Counted from the first letter of the stretch, positions 18,782 through 29,387 are shown. The stretch: 57,631 nt of DNA from Candidatus Kaiserbacteria bacterium (GCA_011322135.1 DRNP01000043.1:1-57631); one strand, 5' to 3'. Translations and numbers: made by a program. Notes: generated by a model not told the origin, from the sequence alone.

Positions 18782-20677
18782 CTACTGCACCATCCCGGAA
18801 CCTGACACTGAAGAGTATTTTGGATCATGCGACATGTTTGTTGTAATTACGTTTGTGTTGGCAGTTATGTGTACTTGTGCAAAACGGTCAAAACCTGAAA
18901 ATACCGGTTTGTTCACCAAAACAGGCTCACTTCCATGCTGGCTTGTGCTTGGAATAAACGACACTTGGAAAGATCCCGTTCGACTTTCACCTGCTGAAAG
19001 ATTGCCGATATTCCACGTAACGGTATGAGCCCCGTTATCATACGATAATGAATTATCCCGTGGCGCTACGGCACCGACAAACTGCACGTACGTCGGCAAA
19101 TTAGCGGTTATTGTGGCTCCGGCAACATCATTTGTCGTATTGTGTACATTCCACATAATCGTATACGTCGTCATTTGGTTTGCTACGGGTGGCACCGGTC
19201 CGGAATTGACAACACCTCCTGTCGAATACAGTGCATACGAGTTAAGCGAAAGAGCTGTCGATATTTTTATCTTTTTACTTACAGTTGAGCTAATTGCTTG
19301 AGCAACATTATCTTGACCCAAACGCTGACCCGACACTGAAACAGTCATGGTGATGGTTTGGTTTGTGCCGATTGCTTCGGTGCTTGTGCTTTGCGGTGTA
19401 ATAGTAAAAGAGCCCACGCCTTGCGCACCCGGAGCAAGCGAAGCAAACGACGGGTCTGAATCTCTGCTAAATACAATGGTTTGCGTAGCTGATTGATATT
19501 GACCTCCGACAACTTGAATATTTTGATTAAATGGTGCTCCGGAAAGTTTCACTTCAATGAGTGCGTTATCAATCGGAACACTGAGTGTATTTTTCCAAGA
19601 AAGCGATATGTGCGCGGTTTCCCCGGCCGAAACAATTGTCGGTCCGGACGTCTTTCCATTAATACTGAGAGTGGTGGCAAGGAACGGTTGCATAATATTA
19701 ACCTCCGCAGTTTGTGTCATATATGAAAGAGCGATGGAAGTATTTGCTCCGTTTGCTGTTCCTACCGAAAAGCGAAATACTCGCAGTTCTCCATCTTGAC
19801 CCGTAAGCTTACCCGAAACTCTCACTGTAACGGTTTGTCCCGGACTGAGAGTCCCGAGTGAAAAAAGCGTTCCGGTTGGGGTTAACGATGTTTTTGTAGG
19901 AGTAAATCCTGTCGGGTATCCAATATTGAGACCGACATTTGATATAGGTTTTGTAGCATTCGACCGCACATTTGCCGTAATGGAAAAGACTTGACCGGAT
20001 ACCGTTTCTGTCGGTGCCTCCACCGATACGGAAAGAGGTGTTGATATTACAGAAAGCGCATACGAAGTATGTTTTACAAAAACAGCATTTGAACCGTGCG
20101 TCTTAAATTGTAATGTAGCAGGTATTTTTATCGTGTCCCCCTGCCCTCCGAAAAGAACAACACGGACGGTACGTTCAACTGAAGCTCCCGGTGCGATTAC
20201 ACCAAACGCCTCGTCATCATGCGTAACTGATTGTGTTACATCTGTAGCCCTACGTGTTCCTGTCGGGAAAACCAAAGAAAGCGTCGTGTCCTGTATCGCC
20301 GTTGGGTTATTGTTTGTAACCGAGATTGAAAGAGCTACGGTATCACCTCCGGCTATCGTCGTCGGTCCCTTGATGGCAACGGAAACATGGTTTACAGAAA
20401 CCGACCGACCTCCGGAAAGAAAAAGATAAGTTGCAATACCAAGAGCAATGACAAAAAAACCGATGGCGCTCCAGAAAAAACCGAGCGCAAATCGCACATG
20501 TTTGTGTGGAATTTTTTTTGTCTTTGCTTTGCCGTCGTTATCCCATTTATGAGGAGTACTCGGTGCCGGAGAACGCGAAAGATGCGCCTCCGGTCTTTCA
20601 ATCTCTTTTCGAGACGAATAAAGCCGACGCCTTTCTTCTTCCAAAGAACCTACTGTATCCTCTTTTTCCGATTTCAT
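18782..20677 (-). CDS. Membrane-anchored protein with repeated beta-sandwich (CARDB/DUF11-like) ectodomains
   Basis: Charged N-terminus, one TM (FALGFFWSAIGFFVIALGIATYLFL), then ~530 aa of repeated Thr/Ser/Val-rich modules. Confidence 0.6.
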   Translation of the reverse strand: MKSEKEDTVGSLEEERRRLYSSRKEIERPEAHLSRSPAPSTPHKWDNDGKAKTKKIPHKHVRFALGFFWSAIGFFVIALGIATYLFLSGGRSVSVNHVSVAIKGPTTIAGGDTVALSISVTNNNPTAIQDTTLSLVFPTGTRRATDVTQSVTHDDEAFGVIAPGASVERTVRVVLFGGQGDTIKIPATLQFKTHGSNAVFVKHTSYALSVISTPLSVSVEAPTETVSGQVFSITANVRSNATKPISNVGLNIGYPTGFTPTKTSLTPTGTLFSLGTLSPGQTVTVRVSGKLTGQDGELRVFRFSVGTANGANTSIALSYMTQTAEVNIMQPFLATTLSINGKTSGPTIVSAGETAHISLSWKNTLSVPIDNALIEVKLSGAPFNQNIQVVGGQYQSATQTIVFSRDSDPSFASLAPGAQGVGSFTITPQSTSTEAIGTNQTITMTVSVSGQRLGQDNVAQAISSTVSKKIKISTALSLNSYALYSTGGVVNSGPVPPVANQMTTYTIMWNVHNTTNDVAGATITANLPTYVQFVGAVAPRDNSLSYDNGAHTVTWNIGNLSAGESRTGSFQVSFIPSTSQHGSEPVLVNKPVFSGFDRFAQVHITANTNVITTNMSHDPKYSSVSGSGMVQ

Positions 20678-20753
20678 TAGTTTTCAGTATACCGCAGAAG
20701 CACAATGCGCAAAAAACTCACAGTACAATATTTCTATATTAAAATGTTCGACT

Positions 20754-21320
20754 TTATAATCCCGAAGCCGTTATGCCACGATTGATACGAGCAATATACG
20801 CTCCCCTATCTTTCTCAATGGTTTCTAAAACATGCACAACATTATCATTATTTACTACAGGTAGTTCTCCCGCATCCAATCCAAGAATTCGCAAGAATCG
20901 AAGCGACACCAAACATTCGGCAGAGTCATGCAATTTTTCCGGCATATCGACAAGTGTTTGAAAGAAATCATGCATTATGTGGAAAAAACGCGAATCGATT
21001 GATTCACAAGGAGCAAGTCGCAACAAGAAACCCGCTACACGCCCTGCACGTTCACGCTCCACTGCTCCCAATAAACTAAACCAGCTCGTATCAAGTACCG
21101 CTCCCGAAATCCTCCAACTTTCTTTTCCACGCAAAAGTATTACATCGGATTCTGTAAATGTTTGTAAAGCGCAAGCGAGTTTTGCTCCCTGTTTTCGCAC
21201 ACTTTGCGCACGTGCGTGTATCAAGCCAAGCTCATCTGTCAAAAGCACTATACCGGCGCTCGCTTCGGATATAGGATAACGTTTAAGTGCAATCGCTTTT
21301 GTAGCGTATCTATGTCGCAT
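20754..21320 (-). CDS. recO: Short RecO-like DNA repair protein
   Basis: N-terminal OB-like pattern AIALKRYPISEASAGIVLLTDELGLIHARAQSVRK. Overlaps the ileS stop by 11 nt. Shorter (188 aa) than typical RecO. Confidence 0.5.
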   Translation of the reverse strand: MRHRYATKAIALKRYPISEASAGIVLLTDELGLIHARAQSVRKQGAKLACALQTFTESDVILLRGKESWRISGAVLDTSWFSLLGAVERERAGRVAGFLLRLAPCESIDSRFFHIMHDFFQTLVDMPEKLHDSAECLVSLRFLRILGLDAGELPVVNNDNVVHVLETIEKDRGAYIARINRGITASGL

Positions 21321-24300
21321 CGTTTGTTATCGAAAAATGTATCTCTCCGAAAGAAAGTTTTGCCGTGTGTTGTGCATCGCTACCTGCATCAAACGTTATG
21401 AGCGATACTCCTGCAATCGTTTCCTTTTCAAGCAGTGCCCTGCCATTTTCTTCGATAGAAATACGTACCGTGTCAGTAGGTGAAAGTCCCGCTGATTTAC
21501 GCGCTTCCGCAAGTGCCCGAGTAAACTCGCGAACGTCACCTTCACGAACCAAGTCATCTGTAATTTTTGTATCAAGAGAAAGTTTTTCAGCTTTTGTGTT
21601 CACTTTTTTTACATTCACTTCATCTGCCAAGATTGTGGCAAATTCTCTTGAGATATTTCCCGGCACGGATAATGCAGAGAGTGGTTGACGTACTTTGATG
21701 CCTTCTTTTTGTCGCAACATAAGAGCTTCCGAAGCGAACGTTCTGACACGCTCCATCTCGGCAAGTGTTTCTTTGTCATGACCTGACACAAAAGAATTCA
21801 CCAAGCGCAGAGCAAATGAAAGTTTTTCTTCCGGCCAACTCGCCAGATGTACGCTTTCCGGATCGGCATCCGTACGTACGTTTTGGAAAACCTCTTCAGC
21901 CATAAAAGGTGCCAGTGGTGCTATCAAAAGTGATATGGTACGTAATGTGTCACGAAGCGTATTTAGTGCGGAAGAATCTCCTTCTCGCGCACGGTCACGA
22001 ATACGTCTCACATACCACTGCGACAAATCTTCTAAAAGTTTTGCGATTGTACGCGATGCTTCGAAAAGTTTGTATTCATCAAATGATTGCGTAACAGTGC
22101 GCACGGTTTCTTTGGTACGTGCAAGCATCCATCTGTCAATTATTTGCATGTTTGTGCTGTCTTTCTTTTGAACATTCTTAAACAGCGAATAAAACTTCGC
22201 ACTGTTTTCAAACCACGACAAAGTGCGCGCCACCTCGCGAATTGTTTTGCCATCAAAACTCTTCGACTCTCCGGGCTGGTTTACGCTATACATCCAGAAA
22301 CGCAAAGTATCCACTCCCCACTTTGCCATTGCTTCCCATGGATTTATTACATTCCCTTTTGACTTCGACATTTTGCGACCCTTATCATCAAGCAAATGCC
22401 CCAGGCAAATGACATTTTTATATGCGTGTCCTCGCCCCGTCAAAGTTCCAACCGCATGAAGTGTGTAAAACCACCCACGCGTTTGGTCAATAGCTTCTGA
22501 AATAAAATCTGCAGGATACCCGTGCCCTTCCACCCACTCTCTATTTTCAAAAGGATAATGTTCTGATGCAAAAGGCATTGCTCCCGAATCAAACCACACG
22601 TCCATGACCTCTTTTACACGATGAAGTTCCTCGCCGTTTTCACTCTCAAGCACAACATCATCTATATACGGACGATGTAAATCGAGCTCGTATTTTTCAT
22701 TATGCGGAAGCGGTACAAAATCAAGAGGAACAACCTCCGCGTTATTGACTTCCGGTATTTCCATAGCTTTCTTCTCAGACAACCCCTGCGCCACCGAGCG
22801 GAGCGCCCATATTGTCCGACCGTGCGATACAAGTAAAATACGCTTTCCGCTATAGCGTGACTCCAGCTCATACAGTAAGGCTCCCGTTCGATGCTTTACA
22901 TCATTTAATGTTTCGCCTCCTTCCGGAGCATTATCAAAACGGTCTTCAAATCTTTCAAAAAAACTCTCATATCCTTTTAATTTCTTTCCGTCAAATATAC
23001 CCGTATCTATCTCTCGCAAACGGTCTTCCAAAAGTACATGCGTTTCTGATACACCGAGTTCTTTTGCGAGTATTTTTGCAGTCTCTCTGGTGCGTGCAAA
23101 AGGTGATGTAAAAATGATGTCAACGCCTCCGTTTTCTTTTAATCCTTTTGCCGTTTCCAAAACTTGTGCTCTGCCCGATTCTGTTAAGTGGTCGGAGCTT
23201 GCGATGTTTGCAGACGTGCTTGTTATTTGTTCAATATTACTCTGCGATTCACCGTGACGAACAGCAACATAAACGTTGTGTCCTGTTTTTGTACGCTCCG
23301 CGAGATCGCTTAAGGAACCGATAACAACGCTCTCGGATCCGTCAGCATTTTCCCACACAGGCAAAGGAGTTCCCCAATACCTCTCACGACTTATCGCCCA
23401 ATCTTTCGCTCCTGCAAGCCACTCGCCGAAACGACCTTTTTTGATATGTTCCGGTTCCCAATGAATATGCTCATTCTCCGCAAGCATTGTCTCTCGTAAA
23501 TCATTCATGCGTATGTACCACGAATCACGTGCATAATAAATGAGCGGAGTCTTGCAACGCCAGCAAAAAGGATAACTGTGCTCATATTTATTTTTTGAAA
23601 AAAGAATTCCTTTCCCTGCCAAATCTTTTATTATGTCGACTGCGACTTCTTCATCTTTTACAAAACGCCCTTCCAGGAAACCTGTACCCGCAATAAACCG
23701 TCCGTCCGCACCAACGACATGTACTTTCGGCAAACCGACTTCCGTACCTAATACAAAATCGTCTTGTCCATACATTATCGCCGTATGTACGATTCCTGTT
23801 CCGTCTTCAGCGGTAACAAACTGTGCCGGATACACTTTGTGAGCTTTTTGAAATTTCGTCTCTTCTTCAGCGGAAGCAAGAGCGCGCGCAAAAGGATAAA
23901 GTGCTTCGTATGACATCCCTACGAGTTCACTTCCGAGCGTTTCTTCAGTGATGCGATATGTCTCGTCACCAAAAACCGCCTCCAATCTATCTTTTGCGAG
24001 AATAAATCTTTTTGTTTTTCCTTCTGTTTCTTTTTCAACCGTAACGTATTTCATTTTCGGATTTACGGCAAGCGCTACGTTGCCCGGAAGTGTCCACGGA
24101 GTTGTCGTCCACGCAAGAAAATACGTATTGTGTTTACCGGAGACCAAAAACTCAACCGTAACTGAAAGGTCTTTTACGTCTTCATACCCCTGCGCAAGCT
24201 CGTGCGAAGAAAGTGCTGTACCGCAACGAGCACACCACGGCACAACTTTATAGTCCTTATATAATCTTCCGCTTTTTGATATGTGCTTCAAAATAGACCA

Positions 24301-24909
24301 GAGCGATTCAATATATGTAGCATCGTATGTAAAATATGCTTTCCCCTGATCAACCCAATATCCCATGCGCTCTGTAAATTTTCGCCACTCATCTATATAT
24401 TTCCAAACGCTTTCCCTGCATTTTTTGTTAAAAGCTCCAATACCGTACGCCTCGATATCTTTCTTGCCGGAAAATTGCAAACTCTTCTCCACTTCCAATT
24501 CAACAGGAAGTCCGTGAGTGTCCCAACCTCCGCGACGACGCACGTGGTATCCTCGCATCGTCTTATATCTCGGTATCGCATCTTTGAAAGCGCGCGCCTC
24601 CAGATGATGAATGCCCGGACGCCCATTTGCAGTTGGCGGTCCCTCGTAAAAAACAAACTCTCCTTTAGGTGACGGCTTCTCCAATGACTTTTCAAAAATA
24701 TGATTTTCTTTCCAAAACTCCAACGTTGCTTTCTCTCGTGTGGCGGTTTTTGATTCTGCAAACGTATCAAAATCTACAGAGTTATCCGACTCGCCACTGT
24801 ACCCGTTTTTTTCAACGTGCTGTGAATTCGAAACCGAATTATTTGCCACTTCAGCGCTTTCAAACGCCGTGTCTGTTCTTTTTGTATGTGACTTTTTCAT
24901 ATAAATCAT
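21310..24909 (-). CDS. ileS: Isoleucyl-tRNA synthetase with an inserted histidine-phosphatase (PGAM-like) domain
   Basis: PPTANGRPGIHHLEAR (HIGH), editing CP1 (TTTPWTLPGN), WAISRERYWGTPLPVW, KMSKSKGN. Residues ~545-728 (22726-23277) carry RHGESQSN...SPFARTRETA...GGETLNDV...VSHGRTI. Confidence 0.9.
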   Translation of the reverse strand: MIYMKKSHTKRTDTAFESAEVANNSVSNSQHVEKNGYSGESDNSVDFDTFAESKTATREKATLEFWKENHIFEKSLEKPSPKGEFVFYEGPPTANGRPGIHHLEARAFKDAIPRYKTMRGYHVRRRGGWDTHGLPVELEVEKSLQFSGKKDIEAYGIGAFNKKCRESVWKYIDEWRKFTERMGYWVDQGKAYFTYDATYIESLWSILKHISKSGRLYKDYKVVPWCARCGTALSSHELAQGYEDVKDLSVTVEFLVSGKHNTYFLAWTTTPWTLPGNVALAVNPKMKYVTVEKETEGKTKRFILAKDRLEAVFGDETYRITEETLGSELVGMSYEALYPFARALASAEEETKFQKAHKVYPAQFVTAEDGTGIVHTAIMYGQDDFVLGTEVGLPKVHVVGADGRFIAGTGFLEGRFVKDEEVAVDIIKDLAGKGILFSKNKYEHSYPFCWRCKTPLIYYARDSWYIRMNDLRETMLAENEHIHWEPEHIKKGRFGEWLAGAKDWAISRERYWGTPLPVWENADGSESVVIGSLSDLAERTKTGHNVYVAVRHGESQSNIEQITSTSANIASSDHLTESGRAQVLETAKGLKENGGVDIIFTSPFARTRETAKILAKELGVSETHVLLEDRLREIDTGIFDGKKLKGYESFFERFEDRFDNAPEGGETLNDVKHRTGALLYELESRYSGKRILLVSHGRTIWALRSVAQGLSEKKAMEIPEVNNAEVVPLDFVPLPHNEKYELDLHRPYIDDVVLESENGEELHRVKEVMDVWFDSGAMPFASEHYPFENREWVEGHGYPADFISEAIDQTRGWFYTLHAVGTLTGRGHAYKNVICLGHLLDDKGRKMSKSKGNVINPWEAMAKWGVDTLRFWMYSVNQPGESKSFDGKTIREVARTLSWFENSAKFYSLFKNVQKKDSTNMQIIDRWMLARTKETVRTVTQSFDEYKLFEASRTIAKLLEDLSQWYVRRIRDRAREGDSSALNTLRDTLRTISLLIAPLAPFMAEEVFQNVRTDADPESVHLASWPEEKLSFALRLVNSFVSGHDKETLAEMERVRTFASEALMLRQKEGIKVRQPLSALSVPGNISREFATILADEVNVKKVNTKAEKLSLDTKITDDLVREGDVREFTRALAEARKSAGLSPTDTVRISIEENGRALLEKETIAGVSLITFDAGSDAQHTAKLSFGEIHFSITNDAT

Positions 24910-24968
24910 ATCCTAGCGGATTCAAAGGAAAAAAGGAAATGCCAAAAACAAAAACTCACGATTTCTCA

Positions 24969-26687
24969 CTACATTTTTTTTGGAGCTTCGATACCGAGAA
25001 TTGCAAGACCGTTTGTCATAGTTTTAATAAATGCACGCGCAAGCGACAATTTGTATGCTTCATATTCTCCTCCAATGATGCGTTCTTTCGCATAAAAAGA
25101 GTTCCACTCTCCCGCAAGCTCCGTGAGATATGTTGTAAGTAAGTTTGGAGCCAGAAGTCTCTCAGCATTTGCAACAATCTCAGGGAAACGCACTATCAAG
25201 CGAGATATGTCGTACGGCGTTTCCGGAGCGTCATCTGTTAAAATAGGAGCATCGATATTTTTTATGTCTTTTGATTTTTCCGCGTTACGCAAAACCGACT
25301 GCGCGCGCACAAGTGCATATTGTAAATAAGGACCGGAATCTCCGTCGAGAGAAAGCGACTTTTCCGTATCGAAAACAATCTCTGCTCCGGGAGACTGACG
25401 AAGAATCATGTATTTTATGGCACCTATCGCAACCTGTTCCGCCACAATGGGGTCTTTATTTCTTTCGAGTGCTTTTTCGATAACTTCTCGAATAAGACCG
25501 GAACCGGTAATCACGTTGCCTTTTCGCGAAGACATTTTTCCTGTTGTAAGTCGCAATAACCCGTGCGGAACATGAGTTGTCTTTTTCGCAATACCCGGCG
25601 CAATCTCCGAAAGCGCCGACAACACGACATTGAAATGCCCTATCTGCTCCGTACCGGTTATGATAATTACTTTTCCCGATGTGATGTGCTCTTCACGCAA
25701 AAAAGCCAATCCAATATCTTTTGTTTCGTATGTCGGTGTACCGCGACTCGTTATAAATACCAGAGTATGCAAGCCGTGTTTTTCTCCGTGATATACCACA
25801 GCCCCATCGCTCTTTTCAAAAATGCCTTTTTTTAATCCGTCATTAACGACTCTCATGCCGGGAGCAACCGTATCACTGTCAAAAAACTCGTAATCAAATT
25901 TTGTACCTATAAGAGCGAACACTCTCCTGTGCTCTTGCATTGAAAGCTCCCGCCCAGTGCGCCACATGGCAAGTAGTTTCCTTTTATCGTTTTGAAGCTC
26001 TGCTTCATTTTCTGCCATGGAAATGGTCTCATACAATGTAACGTTCAGTGAATCTATCTCTTTTTTTGCAGTTTCGCTTTTTTCATAAGCGTTCGATCCT
26101 TTTAGATACGCTTTGCCTATTTCAGTTGCACTTCCCGGCTCTGTAATACCTTCTCTAAGTAACCACCACAAAGCTTTCGCAACATGCGGACCTACGTCTC
26201 CACCAAAAGTATCCCTAACAACGACCGCACCTGAACTTTCTATCAAACGCGAAACGGCTTCACCAATAACGGCACCCATCAAATGCCCTATGTGCATCTC
26301 TTTAAAAGGATTCGGATTGCCGTATTCAATACTCACTCGCTCACCGGAGCGAGTGTTGTTTTTTCCCCATTCTTCATCTTCTGAAACAGCCCCTTCCAAT
26401 TCGCTTAAAATCGCACTCTGTGAAAGTTTAATATTTACAAATCCGGGACCTGCCACACTCACAGAGATTATATCTTTCCCGAGAGCACTCTTGAGATTGC
26501 TCGCGAGCTCATCTGCAATCTCGCGTGGATTTTTAGAAAGTTTTTTCGCAACAACCATTGCCGCATTCACCGCAAAATCTCCATGCTCTAAAGATGCGGG
26601 ATATTCCACTGCAAAATCAATATCTTCCGCTCCCATATCCGCAAGCGAGTTTTTAACGATTTTGTGAATTTTCCCTTTAATACTCAT
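24969..26687 (-). CDS. argS: Arginyl-tRNA synthetase
   Basis: SIEYGNPNPFKEMHIGHLMG (HIGH), MSSRKGN, and a C-terminal DALR-type anticodon-binding domain ending in M. Confidence 0.9.
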   Translation of the reverse strand: MSIKGKIHKIVKNSLADMGAEDIDFAVEYPASLEHGDFAVNAAMVVAKKLSKNPREIADELASNLKSALGKDIISVSVAGPGFVNIKLSQSAILSELEGAVSEDEEWGKNNTRSGERVSIEYGNPNPFKEMHIGHLMGAVIGEAVSRLIESSGAVVVRDTFGGDVGPHVAKALWWLLREGITEPGSATEIGKAYLKGSNAYEKSETAKKEIDSLNVTLYETISMAENEAELQNDKRKLLAMWRTGRELSMQEHRRVFALIGTKFDYEFFDSDTVAPGMRVVNDGLKKGIFEKSDGAVVYHGEKHGLHTLVFITSRGTPTYETKDIGLAFLREEHITSGKVIIITGTEQIGHFNVVLSALSEIAPGIAKKTTHVPHGLLRLTTGKMSSRKGNVITGSGLIREVIEKALERNKDPIVAEQVAIGAIKYMILRQSPGAEIVFDTEKSLSLDGDSGPYLQYALVRAQSVLRNAEKSKDIKNIDAPILTDDAPETPYDISRLIVRFPEIVANAERLLAPNLLTTYLTELAGEWNSFYAKERIIGGEYEAYKLSLARAFIKTMTNGLAILGIEAPKKM

Positions 26688-26713
26688 AGCGCAAAGTGTA
26701 TCAGAAAGTATAC

Positions 26714-28105
26714 TTATACGCTCGTGAGCGCACCGCGTTTTGAAAGAAAATCATAATTGGATAGCGCTTTTTGCACATACATACGTAGACCTCTGTTGTG
26801 CACATGGTTAATCGATTTTTCAAATTCTCGTTTGTATAATTTCGGAGTCTGCGTAAAAACATGTCCAAAATAAGAATACGCTTCTGTCGGGAGATGGTGC
26901 GACATTGCGATAAATGCCAAAATTTCTTTATGCAAAATATCTGGCGGAGTTTTTGCAATCCTTTCCTCAGCAATCACCAGCTCTCTTTGTGAAAGTCTCC
27001 CTGAAAGTTGCGTCAAATGCTCGATTGCAACAAAATAAGCCACCTTGTGATGTTCTATTCCTGAAACTTTTTCAACCGACTTCGGGATTAAACCTTTTGG
27101 TAAAAGTGCCTCCACTTTTTCTGATAAATGACCAACTCCACCGGGAGCAAAGAGCGCCGGAGTTAACTGGTATGGTCCAAATGACGCTAATAAATCGTGC
27201 ACAGACGGAATCGCATCGATAAAATCCGTACCAGCATTACGCAAAAGAAAATCAAGTACGATGGCATTTGTCTCTCCGTCCGCTGAAGGCATAAGCTCTG
27301 TAAGAGAACACGCAATTAATTTTCTGGAGCTTATTCGAGATGCCATTTTTTCAATAAGAGCACGTCTTGCGCGCGGAAACTTTGCATCATTTCTAAGCTC
27401 ATACATTGCGTTCATAAATGCACGCTGTACGCTTTTTGTGGCATGAACTATATCCTTGGAATATTCATCGAGTGAAACTTTTTTAGCTTTACTCTGACTA
27501 TATGAACAATACAAATGTTCTGCCAAATCCATTAAATCTTTGTGTTCTTTCAAAAAAAGCTCGCGCACAATTTTCTCTTTTTCCGGCGAGTCAGTATGTT
27601 TATCGAAGCCAAACTTCATACGCCACAACCGCGCAAGGTTCGCTTTGAAATCTATTTGCAACTTTTCCGGTATAGTGCCCTTTTCATCAACACCTAAATA
27701 CATAGCATACAAGTTCGAAAGTTTTTTACCTTCAAGTGCTCCCACTGAAAAGGAGCGCGTTTTTTCTTTGTCGTGAAGAAAGGTGTACTTTTCTAAACCA
27801 TCGCCCTCCTCCGAAACATTTTGTTCACGTAATTTTTGCTTTAAATCTTTAATCTTTTTATCGGTAATACTTTCCTCTTTTTTCTTTGGTTTATCTTTTC
27901 GAGTGTGAGCGTTTGATGCAAGCTTGTCCGCAGTTTCTATGCCGGTTATCGCACTTATTGCAGTAACGAGAATACCGAGCTCTTTCAAAAACTCTCTGCG
28001 TGTCTTTTTCGTTCCGGTTTTTTCATGCTCCTTGCGCGCATGAGACACTGCGCTTTTGTCATTTTCGTATGCGCGTTGCGTGTTAAACGATTCCATCATA
28101 TACAA
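26714..28105 (-). CDS. Hypothetical protein with twin-arginine-like signal
   Basis: KKTRREFLKELGILVTAISAITG matches (S/T)RRxFLK plus an h-region. The rest is helical with no motif I can assign. Confidence 0.55.
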   Translation of the reverse strand: MYMMESFNTQRAYENDKSAVSHARKEHEKTGTKKTRREFLKELGILVTAISAITGIETADKLASNAHTRKDKPKKKEESITDKKIKDLKQKLREQNVSEEGDGLEKYTFLHDKEKTRSFSVGALEGKKLSNLYAMYLGVDEKGTIPEKLQIDFKANLARLWRMKFGFDKHTDSPEKEKIVRELFLKEHKDLMDLAEHLYCSYSQSKAKKVSLDEYSKDIVHATKSVQRAFMNAMYELRNDAKFPRARRALIEKMASRISSRKLIACSLTELMPSADGETNAIVLDFLLRNAGTDFIDAIPSVHDLLASFGPYQLTPALFAPGGVGHLSEKVEALLPKGLIPKSVEKVSGIEHHKVAYFVAIEHLTQLSGRLSQRELVIAEERIAKTPPDILHKEILAFIAMSHHLPTEAYSYFGHVFTQTPKLYKREFEKSINHVHNRGLRMYVQKALSNYDFLSKRGALTSV

Positions 28106-28117
28106 ATTGTTGCAATT

Positions 28118-29371
28118 TTATACAAATGATTCGGGAATAGGATGCGCGGTTGCCATTTTTTGTACTGTCTTTCGAACATTCTCCACGCTGTCTTTTTTTG
28201 TAAGAATATCTATCATTAGATTAGCTACAAGTGTAACGTCATCTTCTGTAAAACCGCGTGTGGTGAGAGCGGGAGTTCCGAAACGTATTCCGGAAGGGTC
28301 CATCGGTTTTCTTGTATCATTTGGAATGATATTTTTATTAAGAGTAATTCCTGCTTTATCAAGCAATGCCTCTGCATCCGCTCCTGAAACACCAAATGAC
28401 TTCCACGCGTCAAGCAAAATAAGATGGTTTTCCGTACCGCCCGCAACCATTTTCGCACCGTGCTCTGCAAAAACATGTGCCATTGCTTTAGCGTTTTTTA
28501 TAACCTGCAAAGAATATGTTTTGAAACTCGGGCGCAGTGCTTCACCAAAAGCTACCGCTTTCGCGGCAATATTGTTCATGTGCGGACCTCCTTGAAAGCC
28601 CGGGAATACACTTTTGTCTATTTTTCTTGCGAGCTCTGCACTGTTTCGTGTCAATATCATTCCTCCGCGCGGTCCGCGCAAAGTTTTGTGTGTTGTCGTT
28701 GTCAATAAGTCAAAACCGTAATCAAAAGGGTTCTTTACAGCACCTCCTGCAATAAGCCCTGCAATATGTGCGATATCCATCACAGCAAGCGCTCCGGACT
28801 CTTTCGCAATCTCTACAAATTTTGCATAGTCAAGCTCTCTAGGATATGCGGAAAAACCTGCAAGTAGGATTTTTGGCTTCACTTCATTTGCAATGCGACG
28901 CATTTCATCATAATCGATATCTCCGGTCTCTACGTCTTTCATTTGATAATGCGCAAAATTAAAAATCTTTGTGAGATATGTTACCGGATGTCCGTGCGTC
29001 AAATGTCCGCCATGAGAAAGTTCCATTCCGAGCACAGTATCCCCCGGTTCAAGTAAAGCAAAATACATCGCGATATTTGCGTTAGCTCCACCAAGAGGTT
29101 GCACATTTGCATATTCGGCATTAAAAAGTTTTTTAGCACGTTCTATCGCAGTTGTTTCTACCATGTCTGTAAAATCCTGCCCGCCATAATATCGCTTCTC
29201 CGGATAGCCTTCCGCGTATTTGTTTGTAAGTGTTGACGCAAGAGCGTCACGCACCGCATGCGACACATAATTTTCAGATGGTATAAGCTCTAATCCGTTT
29301 TCTTCACGCCCATCTTCTCCGACAACAGCAGTATAAACATCCATGTCTTCTCGTTTAAGAAAATCGTACAT
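28118..29371 (-). CDS. glyA: Serine hydroxymethyltransferase
   Basis: LELIPSENYVS, TTTTHKTLRGPRGG (PLP lysine motif), SHGGHLTHG. Confidence 0.95.
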   Translation of the reverse strand: MYDFLKREDMDVYTAVVGEDGREENGLELIPSENYVSHAVRDALASTLTNKYAEGYPEKRYYGGQDFTDMVETTAIERAKKLFNAEYANVQPLGGANANIAMYFALLEPGDTVLGMELSHGGHLTHGHPVTYLTKIFNFAHYQMKDVETGDIDYDEMRRIANEVKPKILLAGFSAYPRELDYAKFVEIAKESGALAVMDIAHIAGLIAGGAVKNPFDYGFDLLTTTTHKTLRGPRGGMILTRNSAELARKIDKSVFPGFQGGPHMNNIAAKAVAFGEALRPSFKTYSLQVIKNAKAMAHVFAEHGAKMVAGGTENHLILLDAWKSFGVSGADAEALLDKAGITLNKNIIPNDTRKPMDPSGIRFGTPALTTRGFTEDDVTLVANLMIDILTKKDSVENVRKTVQKMATAHPIPESFV

Positions 29372-29387
29372 AATTTTATATTTACAG

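Noticed and set aside
22726-23277. Possibility that the IleRS insertion is an intein or an assembly chimera.
   Set aside because: There are no intein junction residues (Cys/Ser/Thr at both splice sites, or a terminal His-Asn) and no endonuclease motifs. The segment instead matches a histidine phosphatase throughout and is in-frame with IleRS sequence on both sides. Chimerism cannot be excluded without reads, but nothing in the sequence suggests it.
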